Part shown: positions 36,254 through 46,452 of the stretch, one piece after another
Layout of the letters: every line of letters starts with the position of its first letter
How positions within the stretch are numbered: the first letter of the stretch is position 1
Assembly: GCA_903959175.1 (NCBI GenBank)
Contig: CAJBVW010000293.1
Span: forward strand, 2,015-66,014
Origin: an uncultured Pseudomonadota bacterium
Lineage (GTDB): Bacteria > Myxococcota_A > UBA796 > SXON01
DNA: 64,000 bases
Direction of reading: 5' to 3'
Translations under genes and position numbers: made by a program
The notes under the pieces: generated by a model
The model's database searches: none
Told to the model about the DNA's origin: nothing
Seen by the model: the letters and a program-made list of their open reading frames with translations, nothing else

Positions 36254-37774
36254 TCAGCGCGCCTCGACGAGCTCCAGCTTGATCCTGCCCATCAGCGCCA
36301 TGATGGGGACCTGCTGATCGAGGTCCCCCGTGACGACCTTGAGGTGCGTCGCGTCCGCCGGGAACTCGCCGAAGGTCGGGTCGACGGGGACCCAGCCGGT
36401 GGGGCCGCCGAGCTCGATCTCGGGCCACGCGTGGTAGTAGAAGGCGTTCCCCAGACGGTCGCTGTAGACGAGGCCGGCCGCGATCCGCGCGGGGATGCCC
36501 GCCGCGCGCGCGAGGGAGACGAAGAGGGCGGTGTGCTCGTTGCAGTCGCCGCGGCCGCTCCGTAGGACGGTGAGGCCGTCCGGAACGCCGATGGTGGGCA
36601 CCTTCTGGAGGTAGCCGAACACGAAGTCGTGGATGCGACGGGCGGCCTCGAGGCGATCCGTAGCGTCCCCCACGACCTCCCGCGCACGGGTGACGATCTC
36701 GGGGTGGCCCGACGGGATCGAGAGCGTGGGCGCGAGGTCGGGGTGGGAGCCGGCGGCGGCGAGGGGGAGCCGCGGGAGCTCCTGGAGGAGGGGGACGGAG
36801 ACGGTGACGGTGTCCCCGGTGCGGGTCTGGAGCGGGGGCTCCGACGGGATGCGCTCGGGCTCGATGCCGGAGACGCGGAGCGTCACGACCTTGGTGTCGC
36901 GCGCGTTGCGGAGGGTGCCGGTCAGCGGCGCGGCGGAGAGCGCCACGAGATCGGGAGGATCTCCGCCGTCGATCTTCATCGCGAGCTCGCGCGTCATGCG
37001 CTCGGTGCGGAGCCCCATGGCGGACTCCTCGCGCAGCGTGTCGCCCGTCCCGTCGACGAGGCGGCGGGCCTCCATCATCCCCATCTTCGTCCGCACCCAG
37101 AAGCCGGTCTCGCCGTTCGGGAGGACCTCGCTGCTCTCGACGGTCATCGTCGCGTCCGCGTTGGTCATCGTGATGGGGTCGAAGTACGGCACGGTGAAGC
37201 TGGCGCCGGGCACGAGCGTGCGCCCCCGGAGCTGCGCCGCGAGCGTGAGGGAGAGCGCCGGCGCCTCGCGGATGGGCACGTCGATCGTGCGCACCTCGCC
37301 TTCCTGAGCGATCTCGACGTGGATGTTCCCCGGCTGCACCGAGCCGCGGCCCGTGAGCTTGGTGGGCGCGGAGAGGAGGAAGTCGAACGTGCGTAGCTTC
37401 CCGTCGGGCCCCGTCACCGCGGTGCCGGCGGTCACGATCTGCTGGGAGGCGCCCATCGCGGCGATGCGGAAGGCGGACTGCCCCGAGAACACGCGTCCGC
37501 CGTCGGCGGTCGAGGCCTCGCGGGTCACCGCGTAGCCGACGTGGGCGTCCTGCACGAAGATGCCCTGCCAGCGCTCCTCGGTCGGGCCCACGGAGAGCGC
37601 CGCCACGTCGATCGGCGCGAGGGGCGGCTCCGCGTCGAGCAGGGCCAGGCCGGCGATGGTCAGGAAGCTGACCACGAACAGGGACTCGAGGGCGACGAGC
37701 GTCCGCACGGGTCCCCGATAACGCGGGCTATGATGGGCTCCCGGCTTTTCGGGGTCACTGAGCGGAGAGAGCAT
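36254..37774 (-). CDS. Membrane-anchored transglutaminase-like (Cys-His-Asp) domain protein
   Basis: It has an N-terminal TM helix. The C-terminal core is GRGDCNEHTALFVSLARAAGIPARIAAGLVY...YHAWPE...VDPT. The start is either ATG at 37774 or GTG at 37708. Confidence 0.75.
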   Translation of the reverse strand: MLSPLSDPEKPGAHHSPRYRGPVRTLVALESLFVVSFLTIAGLALLDAEPPLAPIDVAALSVGPTEERWQGIFVQDAHVGYAVTREASTADGGRVFSGQSAFRIAAMGASQQIVTAGTAVTGPDGKLRTFDFLLSAPTKLTGRGSVQPGNIHVEIAQEGEVRTIDVPIREAPALSLTLAAQLRGRTLVPGASFTVPYFDPITMTNADATMTVESSEVLPNGETGFWVRTKMGMMEARRLVDGTGDTLREESAMGLRTERMTRELAMKIDGGDPPDLVALSAAPLTGTLRNARDTKVVTLRVSGIEPERIPSEPPLQTRTGDTVTVSVPLLQELPRLPLAAAGSHPDLAPTLSIPSGHPEIVTRAREVVGDATDRLEAARRIHDFVFGYLQKVPTIGVPDGLTVLRSGRGDCNEHTALFVSLARAAGIPARIAAGLVYSDRLGNAFYYHAWPEIELGGPTGWVPVDPTFGEFPADATHLKVVTGDLDQQVPIMALMGRIKLELVEAR

Positions 37775-39017
37775 GACCGGTGCAGCGTTGTGGGTGTGGG
37801 TCGCGTGCGCGGGTCCGGCGTCGGACGACTCCGCCGGCACGGACACGATCGCCCCCGAGGACACCGACATCGAGGTCGTCGACGACACGGGCGCCGACAC
37901 CGACACCGCGGCCGACACCGACACCGAGGAGCCCGACACCGGCCCCGACGATGACGCCGCCTACGCCGCCCTCTACGATCCGCTCGAGATCCAGCGGATC
38001 GACCTCGAGATCTCCGAGGACAACCTCGCGGCCCTGCGCGAGGACGCGGGCACCTACGTCGAGGCCGCCTTCGTCCACGACGGCTACCGCCTCCCCTCCG
38101 TCGGCGTGAAGCTCAAGGGGGGGGCCTCCACCTTCGAGGACATCGACGGCAAGCCCTCGTTCCGGCTCAAGCTCGACGAGTTCGACTCCGGCCTCGACTA
38201 CGGCGGAGTGGACCGCATCAACCTCCACAACATGAAGGCGGACCCCGCCCAGGCCCGCGAGGTCGTCGCCGCCGGCCTCTGGAACGCCGCCGGGCTCGCC
38301 GCCCCCCTCGCCAACTACGCCGAGGTGTACGTCAACGGCGTGCTCTACGGGCTCTACGCCAACGTGGAGGAGGTCGACGACGCCTTCGTGGAGCGGCGCT
38401 GGACCAACCCCGACGGGGACCTCTGGGAGGCCGCCGACGGCGCGGACCTCACCCCGGCCGGCGTCGCCAACTACGAGCTCGGCTCGGGTGAGGGCGACGA
38501 GGACGCGCTCGACGCCGCGCGGCGCGAGATCCAGACGGGGGAGGGGGACTTCTACACGGTCGCCAACTCCGTCCTCGACATGACGCAGTTCCTGGACTTC
38601 TGGGCGTGGCAGGTGCTCCTCGCCAACGAGGACGGCTACCCCTACGAGCTCGACGACCACTTCCTCTACGCCAACCCCGACGACGACGGCGCCTTCGTGT
38701 TCGTGCCGTGGGGCCTCGACGAGACCTTCGACAGCGGCTTCGAATGGGACGACTACACGGGCACGGTCGCGGTGCACTGCGGCTACGACGCCGACTGCAC
38801 CTCGCGCTTCGAGGCGCGCGTGTCCCTCGCGCTCACCGCCTACGAGGCGATGACCCCGAGCGTGGCGGCGCAGTCGGCGTTCACGCTCTCGACCGACGCC
38901 GTCCAGGCGGACACGCGCCGCGGGGCGACCGTCGCGGAGGTGACCACCGCGCGCACGGCGCTGATCACCGCGATCAACGCGCGGCCGAACGCGGTGCGGA
39001 CCCAGCTCGGGCTGTAG
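37773..39017 (+). CDS. CotH-family (atypical kinase fold) lipoprotein
   Basis: ATG has GGAGAGAG upstream. The N-terminus is MTGAALWVWVAC followed by a D-T linker. CotH blocks include VGVKLKGGASTF..KPSFRLKLDEF, INLHNMKADP and YAEVYVNGVLYGLYANVE. Confidence 0.7.
   Translation: MTGAALWVWVACAGPASDDSAGTDTIAPEDTDIEVVDDTGADTDTAADTDTEEPDTGPDDDAAYAALYDPLEIQRIDLEISEDNLAALREDAGTYVEAAFVHDGYRLPSVGVKLKGGASTFEDIDGKPSFRLKLDEFDSGLDYGGVDRINLHNMKADPAQAREVVAAGLWNAAGLAAPLANYAEVYVNGVLYGLYANVEEVDDAFVERRWTNPDGDLWEAADGADLTPAGVANYELGSGEGDEDALDAARREIQTGEGDFYTVANSVLDMTQFLDFWAWQVLLANEDGYPYELDDHFLYANPDDDGAFVFVPWGLDETFDSGFEWDDYTGTVAVHCGYDADCTSRFEARVSLALTAYEAMTPSVAAQSAFTLSTDAVQADTRRGATVAEVTTARTALITAINARPNAVRTQLGL
37896..37940 (+). 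repeat. (GAC-ACC)-rich tract encoding DTDTAADTDTEEPDT
   Basis: Read directly. Confidence 0.7.
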
Positions 39018-39035
39018 GCGCCCGCGGGGGGCGCC
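39017..39035. terminator. Short GC hairpin between convergent genes (7-bp stem)
   Basis: The sequence is ggcgccc-gcggg-gggcgcc, in the 27-nt gap between the CotH-like and lepB stops. Confidence 0.25.
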
Positions 39036-39044
39036 GTCCGGCCG

Positions 39045-39899
39045 TCAGTGCAGGACGGTGCCGATCCGCTCGGTGCGGACGGTCGGGAGCGCGCCGCCCT
39101 TGCAACTGTCGAAGGACAACCAGACGAACACCGCCTTGCCCTTGATGTTGTCCCGCGGGACGAAGCCCCAGACGCGGCTGTCGGCCGAGTTGTCCCGGTT
39201 GTCGCCCATCATGAAGTAGTGGCCGTCCGGCACGGTCTTCGGGCCCCAGTCGGCCATGCGCTGGGCGTAGGTCGTGCTCTGCAGGACCGGGTGCGGGTGG
39301 CCGTCGAGGGCCTCCTCGAACATCCGCATGTCGGAGCTGCGGCAGAACTGGTCCTCGTAGGAGAAGCTGTGCTGGAAGGTGCGGCTCTGCTCGATGCCGT
39401 TGACGTAGACGATGTCGTCCCGGACCTCGACCGTGTCGCCCGGGAGGCCGACCACGCGCTTGATGTAGTCGGTCTCGCACGGCTCCTTCGGCCCCGGCAG
39501 CGCGCCGCCGGAGAGAGAAGGCGGGATGCGCTTGATCATGCACAGGGGATCGTGGCTCTGGTTCGGCGGGTAGACGAACACGACGATGTCGCCGCGCTCG
39601 GGCTCGCCGCGCGGCACGATCTCGATGTTCGTGAACGGCACGCGCACGCCGTAGGTGAGCTTGGAGACCAGGATGAAGTCCCCGATCGCGAGCGTCGGCA
39701 CCATGGACCCCGACGGGATCTGGAACGGCTCGACCAGGATCGAGCGCACGACCAGCACGATCAGGATCGCCGGACCCCACGAGTACACGAGGTCGAAGCA
39801 CCAATCGAACGCGCGGCGCCACATCGGGCGGGTGTCCGGCGGCTCTTCTTTCGGGACGTCCTTGCGGAGGTCGATGTCCAGACCGTCTCCCACCTGCAT
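39045..39899 (-). CDS. lepB: Signal peptidase I
   Basis: It has IPSGSMVPTL, GDNRDNSADSR and KGKAVFVW. ATG (cat at 39897-39899) is preferred over the track start at 39956. Confidence 0.85.
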   Translation of the reverse strand: MQVGDGLDIDLRKDVPKEEPPDTRPMWRRAFDWCFDLVYSWGPAILIVLVVRSILVEPFQIPSGSMVPTLAIGDFILVSKLTYGVRVPFTNIEIVPRGEPERGDIVVFVYPPNQSHDPLCMIKRIPPSLSGGALPGPKEPCETDYIKRVVGLPGDTVEVRDDIVYVNGIEQSRTFQHSFSYEDQFCRSSDMRMFEEALDGHPHPVLQSTTYAQRMADWGPKTVPDGHYFMMGDNRDNSADSRVWGFVPRDNIKGKAVFVWLSFDSCKGGALPTVRTERIGTVLH

Positions 39900-39977
39900 G
39901 ACTCCGAAGTGCGGGGCGCGGATCGTTGGGAGCCGCGCGGATCGGCCACCTAGCATGGATCGCGCTACGTCGTCAGG

Positions 39978-40538
39978 GTGTCCCCTCTCGCACGCCTGAA
40001 TCTACCGGCTTCCCTGCCCGACCCCGAGCCGCTCTCACGCCGCGCCGCGATCGCGGTGGTGGTGGGCCCAGACGACGATCTGCTGTTCATTCGCCGCGCG
40101 GAGCGTCTGGGCGACCCGTGGAGCGGCGACATGGCGTTTCCCGGGGGGCGCGAGGAGCCGCACGACGCGAACCCGCGCGCCACCGCCGAGCGCGAGACCC
40201 GCGAGGAGGTCGGCCTCGATCTGTCTGGCGCCACCTTCGTCGGCGCCCTGCAACCGATGGCCTCCCCGGTGCGGTCGCCACGCTCGGGCATGGGGATCCA
40301 CCCCTACGTCTACCGGGTGGACGTGTGGCCACGCTTCACGACGAGCGAGGAGGTCGCCGCCATCCACCACCTCGCCCTCGCGCGGATCCTCGCGGGGGAG
40401 GGTCGCGAGGAGTTCACGTACCGCGGGTACGGCATTGAGCGCGTGCTCCCGTGCCTCCGCCTCGACGGTACGTTCGTGTGGGGACTCACGCTCCGTGTGG
40501 TGGACGATCTCGTCGAGAGGTTACGCGCGGCGCCGTGA
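39978..40538 (+). CDS. Nudix hydrolase, CoA pyrophosphatase-like
   Basis: The Nudix box is GGREEPHDANPRATAERETREEVGL. It is preceded by LLFIRRAERLGDPWSGDMAFPGG, typical of the NudL/Nudt7 type. Confidence 0.7.
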   Translation: MSPLARLNLPASLPDPEPLSRRAAIAVVVGPDDDLLFIRRAERLGDPWSGDMAFPGGREEPHDANPRATAERETREEVGLDLSGATFVGALQPMASPVRSPRSGMGIHPYVYRVDVWPRFTTSEEVAAIHHLALARILAGEGREEFTYRGYGIERVLPCLRLDGTFVWGLTLRVVDDLVERLRAAP

Positions 40539-41059
40539 TGCTCTGGATCCTCTCCCCCTTCGTCCACACCCCGCCCCTGCCGCCGCCGGCCGGCAAGGTC
40601 GAGGTCGCGTTCGTCCGCAAGGAGGACATGACGCCCGAGGGCGTGTGGTGCACATGGGAAGCGGAGTCGCTGTTCTACGACGGCACGTCGATCTGGGCCG
40701 CCGCCCCTCCCGAGGAGGAGCACTGGTGCCGCACGCCGTTCGAGGCCTCCCGCACGGTGGACGTGCTGGGCCAGAACGGGCCGTTCCTCTCCGTGCGGCA
40801 GTCCGAGTGGGGGTGCTGTCCCGACGCCGAGATCGTCACGCGCTGCGTCACCTACGACGTACGCACCGGGCAGCCCGTGACGCTCGCGCAATACGATCCG
40901 CGCTCCGCGAAGTGGCGCGGCAAGCGGCTGGATAAGCTCCTCGCGAAGAAGGACGGCGGCGGCTGGTCTGCCCCGCCCTCGGCGTTCGTGGTCGACGGCG
41001 CCCACGTGCGCGTGTGCGCGGAGCGGGGCGACGAGGCGATCGAGATCCCGCTGCGCTGA
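40538..41059 (+). CDS. Hypothetical protein (173 aa)
   Basis: ATG at 40538 overlaps the Nudix stop (TGATG). The composition looks coding. No recognisable domain. Confidence 0.45.
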   Translation: MLWILSPFVHTPPLPPPAGKVEVAFVRKEDMTPEGVWCTWEAESLFYDGTSIWAAAPPEEEHWCRTPFEASRTVDVLGQNGPFLSVRQSEWGCCPDAEIVTRCVTYDVRTGQPVTLAQYDPRSAKWRGKRLDKLLAKKDGGGWSAPPSAFVVDGAHVRVCAERGDEAIEIPLR

Positions 41060-41079
41060 CCGCGGGGTATGTTGCCGCC

Positions 41080-42192
41080 GTGGAACGCAACCTCGCCCAG
41101 GAAGTCAAGGTCGGCCTGTTCGTCCTGGTCTTCCTTGCCCTCATCGCCCTCGCCTCGTTCATCCTCGGCGGTGGCGAGGACATCTTCGCGAAGAACTACC
41201 TCCTCCACACGACCTACCAGGACGTGAAGGGCATGAAGGTGGGCGCCGTCGTTCGCCTCGCCGGCATGGACGTCGGCGAGGTGTCCCGCGTCGAGTTCTC
41301 CCACGACGAATCCGTGAAGGAGATCGAGGTCGATCTCCGCATCCGCGAGGAGTACAAGCCGCGTATCCGCGCGGACTCGGTCGCGACGATCCAGCAGATC
41401 GGCGTGCTCGGGGACATGTACGTGAGCGTCATGGTCGGCTCGGCGGACAAGGCGCAGCTGGAGGGCGGTGCGCACATCACCGGCGTCGCCGCGCTGGACA
41501 TGCTCTCGTACGCGGACAAGGCCACGGAGATCGTTGCGAACGCGTCGAGCATCTCCAAGAAGGTCGACCTGATGCTCGGGAGCGAGGACGCCGCGGGCCG
41601 CGCCGAGATCGCGAAGAGCATCGAGAACATCGGCCTGCTCCTCGCGGACGCGAAGGCGGGGAAGGGCATCGTCCACACCCTCGTGTACGACGAGGGCGCC
41701 GCCGCGAAGGTCAACTCGATCCTCGCGAACGTGGACGGCATCACGAAGGACGTGCACGACCTCACCCGCCAGCTCAAGACGGGCGACGGCCTCGCGACCG
41801 CGCTGCTGTACGGCAAGGACGGCGGCGTGCTCACCACCCGCATCTCCGACGCCGTGTCCGCCGTGGAGGGCCTGCTCACCGACGTGCGCACCCAGGACTC
41901 CATGGCGCACTCGCTCCTCTACGATCCCGAGGGCGCGCGCATCGTGAAGGAGCTCCAGGGCGCGGCCGTGTCGCTCCGCGGCATCACCGACGCCGTCAAC
42001 GCCGGCGAGGGCACCGCGGGCCTGCTCGTGCGCGATCCGCAGCTCTACGAGGATCTCCGGGTGCTCCTCGGTGGGGCCCAGCGGAACGCGCTGCTCCGCG
42101 CCTACATCCGGGCGACCGTCGAGAAGGGGCGCGACGAGAACGGCTCCGGTTGGAAGGCGCCGTCGGACGATCCCAGCCGGGGTGGGCGTTAG
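41080..42192 (+). CDS. MCE / MlaD-family protein
   Basis: GTG at 41080. It has an N-terminal TM helix (VKVGLFVLVFLALIALASFIL), then the MCE core GMKVGAVVRLAGMDVGEVSRVEF, and a long helical C-terminus. Confidence 0.75.
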   Translation: MERNLAQEVKVGLFVLVFLALIALASFILGGGEDIFAKNYLLHTTYQDVKGMKVGAVVRLAGMDVGEVSRVEFSHDESVKEIEVDLRIREEYKPRIRADSVATIQQIGVLGDMYVSVMVGSADKAQLEGGAHITGVAALDMLSYADKATEIVANASSISKKVDLMLGSEDAAGRAEIAKSIENIGLLLADAKAGKGIVHTLVYDEGAAAKVNSILANVDGITKDVHDLTRQLKTGDGLATALLYGKDGGVLTTRISDAVSAVEGLLTDVRTQDSMAHSLLYDPEGARIVKELQGAAVSLRGITDAVNAGEGTAGLLVRDPQLYEDLRVLLGGAQRNALLRAYIRATVEKGRDENGSGWKAPSDDPSRGGR

Positions 42193-43851
42193 TTGTCTCC
42201 CATCGCGACGCTGCTGTCGCCGCGGCTGCTCGGCCTCCGCAACACGATGATCCGCTCCGAGCGGCGCGGCCTGTACGCGGGCCTCGGCCTCGTCGGGCTC
42301 GGGTTCTGGGTGGCGCTCTTCGGGCTGATGTACTTCCTCGTCGGGCAGTTCTGGGTGATCGAGGGCTTCGGCCCCTTCCTCGCGCGCAAGCTCCTCGAGA
42401 TGCTGCTGTCGAGCCTGTTCGTCCTGCTCGCGTTCTCGAACGTCATCACCGCATTGTCGACCTTCTACCTTTCGGATGACCTCGCGCTCGTGATCGGCCT
42501 CCCGGTGAGCCGGACGACCTTCCACTTCAGCCGCTTCGTCGACACGATGTTCCAGTCGAGCTGGATGATGGCGCTGTTCGGGCTACCCGTCTTCCTCGCC
42601 TACGGGCTGCGGATGGACGCCGGGCTGAGCTACTACGGGGCGTTGCTGGTCGCGATCCCGGCGCTGCTCGCCATCGCGACCAACCTCGGCATCGTCGTCG
42701 CGACGCTCCTGGTCAACAACTTCTCCGCCCAACGGAGCCGCGACACGATGGTTGCGCTCGGGCTGGTGATGGTCGCGGTCCTGTTCATCGGGATGCGGTC
42801 GCTCCGCCCTGAGCGCCTCGTCAACGCCCAGGAATTCGAGTCGTTGGCGGCCTACCTCTCCGAGCTCCAGCTCCCGGCGCCGACGCTCTTCCCGCCGCGC
42901 TGGGCCAGCGAGGTGCTGGGCGCCACGCTGCTCTACAGCCCCTTCCCCTGGATCGAGGCGGGGCTTCTCGTCACCGGCGCCCTCGCGAGCGCCGCGGTGG
43001 CTCGGTGGACCGTCGCCTGGGGCTTCGACACCGGCTGGTCGCGCTCCCAGGAGGCCCGGGCCGCGCGGTTCTACCGCTCCTCCGGCTTCGACTGGCTCGT
43101 TCGGCCGCTCCCGCCCGCGTGGCGGGCCATGGCGGGGAAGGAGCTCCGGGTGTTCGCCCGCGACCCCTCGCAGTGGTCCCAGGTGTTCCTGCTGCTCGGC
43201 GTGTGCGGCATCTACCTCGTGAGCATCCAGTCCCTACCGATCAGCGCCTTCCAGGGCGCCGTCCTCCAGGCGATGAAGCAGGCGGTGGCCTTCCTGAACC
43301 TCGGGATGGGCGGCTTCGTGATGGCCGCGATCGCGGCGCGCTTCCAGTTCACCGCCGTGAGCCGCGAGGGCCGCGCGTGGTGGGTGCTGCGTGGGGCGCC
43401 CATCGAGCCCGCCACGATGTTGCGGGCCAAGTCCGTGCTCGGGCTGGTGCCGATGATCTCGGTCGGCCTCGTCGTCGTGGTGGGGAGCGGCATCCTGCTC
43501 GACGCCCCGCCGAGCCTCCTCGCGCTGGAGACCGTCGCGACCGTGCTGATGGCCTACGCGATCTCGGGGCTCGCGATGGCGATGGGCGCGCTCTGGCCGG
43601 ACTTCCAGGCGGACACCGCCGCGCGCGCGGCGTCGAGCCCGGCGGCCGTGTTCTTCATGGTGCTCGCGCTCGTGCTGGTGTTCGTGGTGCTTACGCTGCT
43701 GGGGTTGGGGGTGTGGTTGTTGCTGCGCAGCGGGGGCGGGCACTACGGCGCGGCCGCGATCCCCGTGGGTCTTGCCGCGGCGCTGTGCGTGTTCGCCGGG
43801 CGCTGGCCGGTCGGCCGTGCCGCGGAGATCCTGTGGGCGCGTGGGTTGTAG
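42193..43851 (+). CDS. Polytopic membrane protein resembling 'putative ABC exporter' permeases; no ATPase in its own operon
   Basis: The TTG start immediately follows the MCE stop. The protein is 552 aa with more than 10 hydrophobic helices. The family call is by resemblance only. Confidence 0.55.
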   Translation: MSPIATLLSPRLLGLRNTMIRSERRGLYAGLGLVGLGFWVALFGLMYFLVGQFWVIEGFGPFLARKLLEMLLSSLFVLLAFSNVITALSTFYLSDDLALVIGLPVSRTTFHFSRFVDTMFQSSWMMALFGLPVFLAYGLRMDAGLSYYGALLVAIPALLAIATNLGIVVATLLVNNFSAQRSRDTMVALGLVMVAVLFIGMRSLRPERLVNAQEFESLAAYLSELQLPAPTLFPPRWASEVLGATLLYSPFPWIEAGLLVTGALASAAVARWTVAWGFDTGWSRSQEARAARFYRSSGFDWLVRPLPPAWRAMAGKELRVFARDPSQWSQVFLLLGVCGIYLVSIQSLPISAFQGAVLQAMKQAVAFLNLGMGGFVMAAIAARFQFTAVSREGRAWWVLRGAPIEPATMLRAKSVLGLVPMISVGLVVVVGSGILLDAPPSLLALETVATVLMAYAISGLAMAMGALWPDFQADTAARAASSPAAVFFMVLALVLVFVVLTLLGLGVWLLLRSGGGHYGAAAIPVGLAAALCVFAGRWPVGRAAEILWARGL

Positions 43852-45653
43852 CGACCCTGCTCGGCTGCGGCGGCGTGCTGACGCGCATCGCGGCGCCGCC
43901 CGTCCCGGTTGCGGCGGTGGCGCCCACGGCGGTCCCGGCGCGCGCGCGCTACCAGGTGCTCGTGGGTCACCTCGCGCTGGAGGCGGAGGACTGGGCGGGC
44001 GCTGAGGCCGCGCTCCAGACCGCGCTGCTCCACGACGCCGACTCGCCCTGGATCTGGCTTGCGCTCGCGGACGTCGCGGCGGGGCAGGGGGCGGACGTCG
44101 AGGAGCGCCGCCGCGTGCTGGAGGCCGTGCGCCTGGGGCCGGAGCTGCCCGCGGCGTGGGTCCGGTTGGGCGCGGTCGACCAACGCGCGGGGGACCTCTC
44201 CGGGGCCGTCGACGCCTACCGGGCCGCTGTCGCGCGCGGGGCGGGCGCCGAGGCCCACGCGGCGCTCTGTCGCCTCCTCGTCACCCGGAAGGATCCCCTC
44301 GCGGCGGCCGCGGTCGCGGAGTGGGCCGCCCTCCCGGTGACCGAGCCCGACGCCCTCCGCGAGCGCGGGAGGCTGCGCCTCCTCGTGGGGGACCTCGCCG
44401 GCGCCGTCGCGGATCTCGGTGAGGCGCTCGTCCACGCGCCCGGGGACGCGCGGCTCCTCGACGAGTACCTCACCGCCGTCACGGGGAGCGGCCTGTACCG
44501 ACAAGGCTTGGCGCGCCTCGTCGTGCTCCACCGCATCGCCCCGCGCGACACCGACGTGCTCCTCCGCACCTACCACCTCGCCGCGGCCGCGCGCGACCAG
44601 GTCCGCGCCGCCGCCGCCCTCGAGGCCCTCGACGGCCTCCTCGGCGGGCGGGACGCGCAGGTCAAGGTGTGGTTGGCGGACGCCTACAGCGCGCTCGGCC
44701 GCCACGCCGAGGCGCGCGCTGCGATCGAGGCCGCCGCCGGGTGCCAGCCGCCGCTCGCGGACGCCGCTTACCACCGGGCGCGGGTGCTTCGGGCGGCGGG
44801 GCGGAGCGCCGAGGCCCTCCAGGGCCTCCAGATCCCTACCACCGGCGCGAACCGCCCGGACGCCCTCGCCCTGGAAGCGCGGCTGCTGATCGACCTCGGA
44901 CGGCCCGCGGAGGCCCGCGCGCGGCTGCGGCGCGCCCTCGTGGCGCTCCCTGACGACTACGTGCTGCTCGGCGCCCTCGTGGCCGTCGGGGCCGCGGAGA
45001 ACGACCGGGAGGCCACCCTCGCCGCCGTCGACCGCATGGCGATGCTCGATCCCGAGGCCCGCGCGCGCACCCGCGCCCGCTCGCTCGCCGGGTTCGGCGA
45101 CGTCGAGGGCGCGCTCGTGGCCCTCCGCGCCGCCGGGCTCACCCAGCCGGAGACCTGGATCGTCGGTGGCGGCCTCCTCCGGGAGGCGGGGCGCGCCGAG
45201 GAGGCCGTGGACTGGCTCGTGCGCGGCGTGGACGCCCACCCGCGCAACGCGGCCCTCCGGGCCGAGCTCGGTCTCGCCCAGGCGGCGTCGTCGCGAGCGG
45301 AGGAGGCGCTCGCCGCGATGCTCGAGGCCATCCGGCTCGACCCCGCCGAGGCGCGCGCCGTGCGCTGGTACGCCCGCGCCGTCGACCTCGGGGGGCCGCC
45401 CGACCGGCTCCGGGAGGTCCGCGGCTGGATCCTCGCGGCACTCGAGCGTCAGCCGGCGGACGCCGAGCTCCTCGCCGCGCTCGGCCGCGTCGAATACGCC
45501 CTGGACCAACCTCTCCGCGCGGTGGAGGCCTGGGAAGAGGCCTGCCGCTACGCCCCGGCCGACCCGGTCCTGCTCGCCTCGCTCGCGGAGGCCTACCGGG
45601 CCGTGGGCCGTGACGCGGAGGCCCACGCCCTCGAGGAGCGCATCCGCCCATGA
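43833..45653 (+). CDS. TPR-repeat lipoprotein
   Basis: GTG at 43833 gives MGAWVVATLLGC. Ala/Leu-rich 34-aa-type repeats run throughout. It overlaps the upstream gene by 19 nt. Confidence 0.7.
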   Translation: MGAWVVATLLGCGGVLTRIAAPPVPVAAVAPTAVPARARYQVLVGHLALEAEDWAGAEAALQTALLHDADSPWIWLALADVAAGQGADVEERRRVLEAVRLGPELPAAWVRLGAVDQRAGDLSGAVDAYRAAVARGAGAEAHAALCRLLVTRKDPLAAAAVAEWAALPVTEPDALRERGRLRLLVGDLAGAVADLGEALVHAPGDARLLDEYLTAVTGSGLYRQGLARLVVLHRIAPRDTDVLLRTYHLAAAARDQVRAAAALEALDGLLGGRDAQVKVWLADAYSALGRHAEARAAIEAAAGCQPPLADAAYHRARVLRAAGRSAEALQGLQIPTTGANRPDALALEARLLIDLGRPAEARARLRRALVALPDDYVLLGALVAVGAAENDREATLAAVDRMAMLDPEARARTRARSLAGFGDVEGALVALRAAGLTQPETWIVGGGLLREAGRAEEAVDWLVRGVDAHPRNAALRAELGLAQAASSRAEEALAAMLEAIRLDPAEARAVRWYARAVDLGGPPDRLREVRGWILAALERQPADAELLAALGRVEYALDQPLRAVEAWEEACRYAPADPVLLASLAEAYRAVGRDAEAHALEERIRP

Positions 45654-46432
45654 TCCGTGCCGCCTTCGCCCTCGCCCTCCTCGCCGGGTGCCCCGCCCGC
45701 GTGCCGCCCGAGGAGCTCCCGCCGCCCACGCTCGACCCCGCCCAGCTCCTCGACCGCGCGGCTGCCGAGCCCGCGCCGGGGCCCTCCGCCGCGGCGTTCG
45801 GGCTCTCGCTCGTCCTCCCCGACAACCGCGTGAGCGCCCAGGGCGCCCTCGTCGTCTCGCCCCCGGACCGCTTCCGGATCGAGGTCCGCGGCCCCATCGG
45901 ACCGCCGCAGGTCGTGATCGTCAGCGACGGGAAGACACTCACCACCTGGCTCGCGGGGAAGAACCTCGTGCTCCGCGAGGACGACGCCGACGGCGCCCTC
46001 GCGGCCTACACCGGCGGCAAGGCGGGCCTCGAGTCGCTGGCCTCGCTGCTCCTCGGGCGCCTCCCGCCGCTCGGCGCACCCGAGCTCATCCGCCGCGCCG
46101 CCACGCCCGGCTACCGCTGGTCCGGGCCGGGGGAGAGCCACGTCGACGTCGAGCTCGACCCGCGCACCGCCCACCTCGTGGCCCTCACGCTCGCGGACGA
46201 GGCCGGCGCCGCCCTCCTCTCGGCGACCGTCACCGGCGGCAGGTGGCCCGAAACGTTGGAGGCCGTGCTGCCGCAGCAGGGCATCCGCGCCACCCTCGAC
46301 TTCGACGCGTGGAAGCCCGCCGCGCCGACGGACGCCACCTTCGTGCTCGTGCCCCCCGCGGACGCCGAGGTGCGCCCCCTCCTGCGCCGCGAGTCCCCGT
46401 CGATCGCGCCGCCCACGATGCAGGGGCCGTGA
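45650..46432 (+). CDS. Lipoprotein, LolA/LolB-like (DUF4292-like) fold suspected
   Basis: The N-terminus is MIRAAFALALLAGC, with an ATGA overlap to the TPR gene. The block ALVVSPPDRFRIEVRGPIGPPQVVIVSDGKTLTTW resembles LolB/DUF4292. Confidence 0.5.
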   Translation: MIRAAFALALLAGCPARVPPEELPPPTLDPAQLLDRAAAEPAPGPSAAAFGLSLVLPDNRVSAQGALVVSPPDRFRIEVRGPIGPPQVVIVSDGKTLTTWLAGKNLVLREDDADGALAAYTGGKAGLESLASLLLGRLPPLGAPELIRRAATPGYRWSGPGESHVDVELDPRTAHLVALTLADEAGAALLSATVTGGRWPETLEAVLPQQGIRATLDFDAWKPAAPTDATFVLVPPADAEVRPLLRRESPSIAPPTMQGP

Positions 46433-46452
46433 CGGGCGGATATCCTGCTTCC

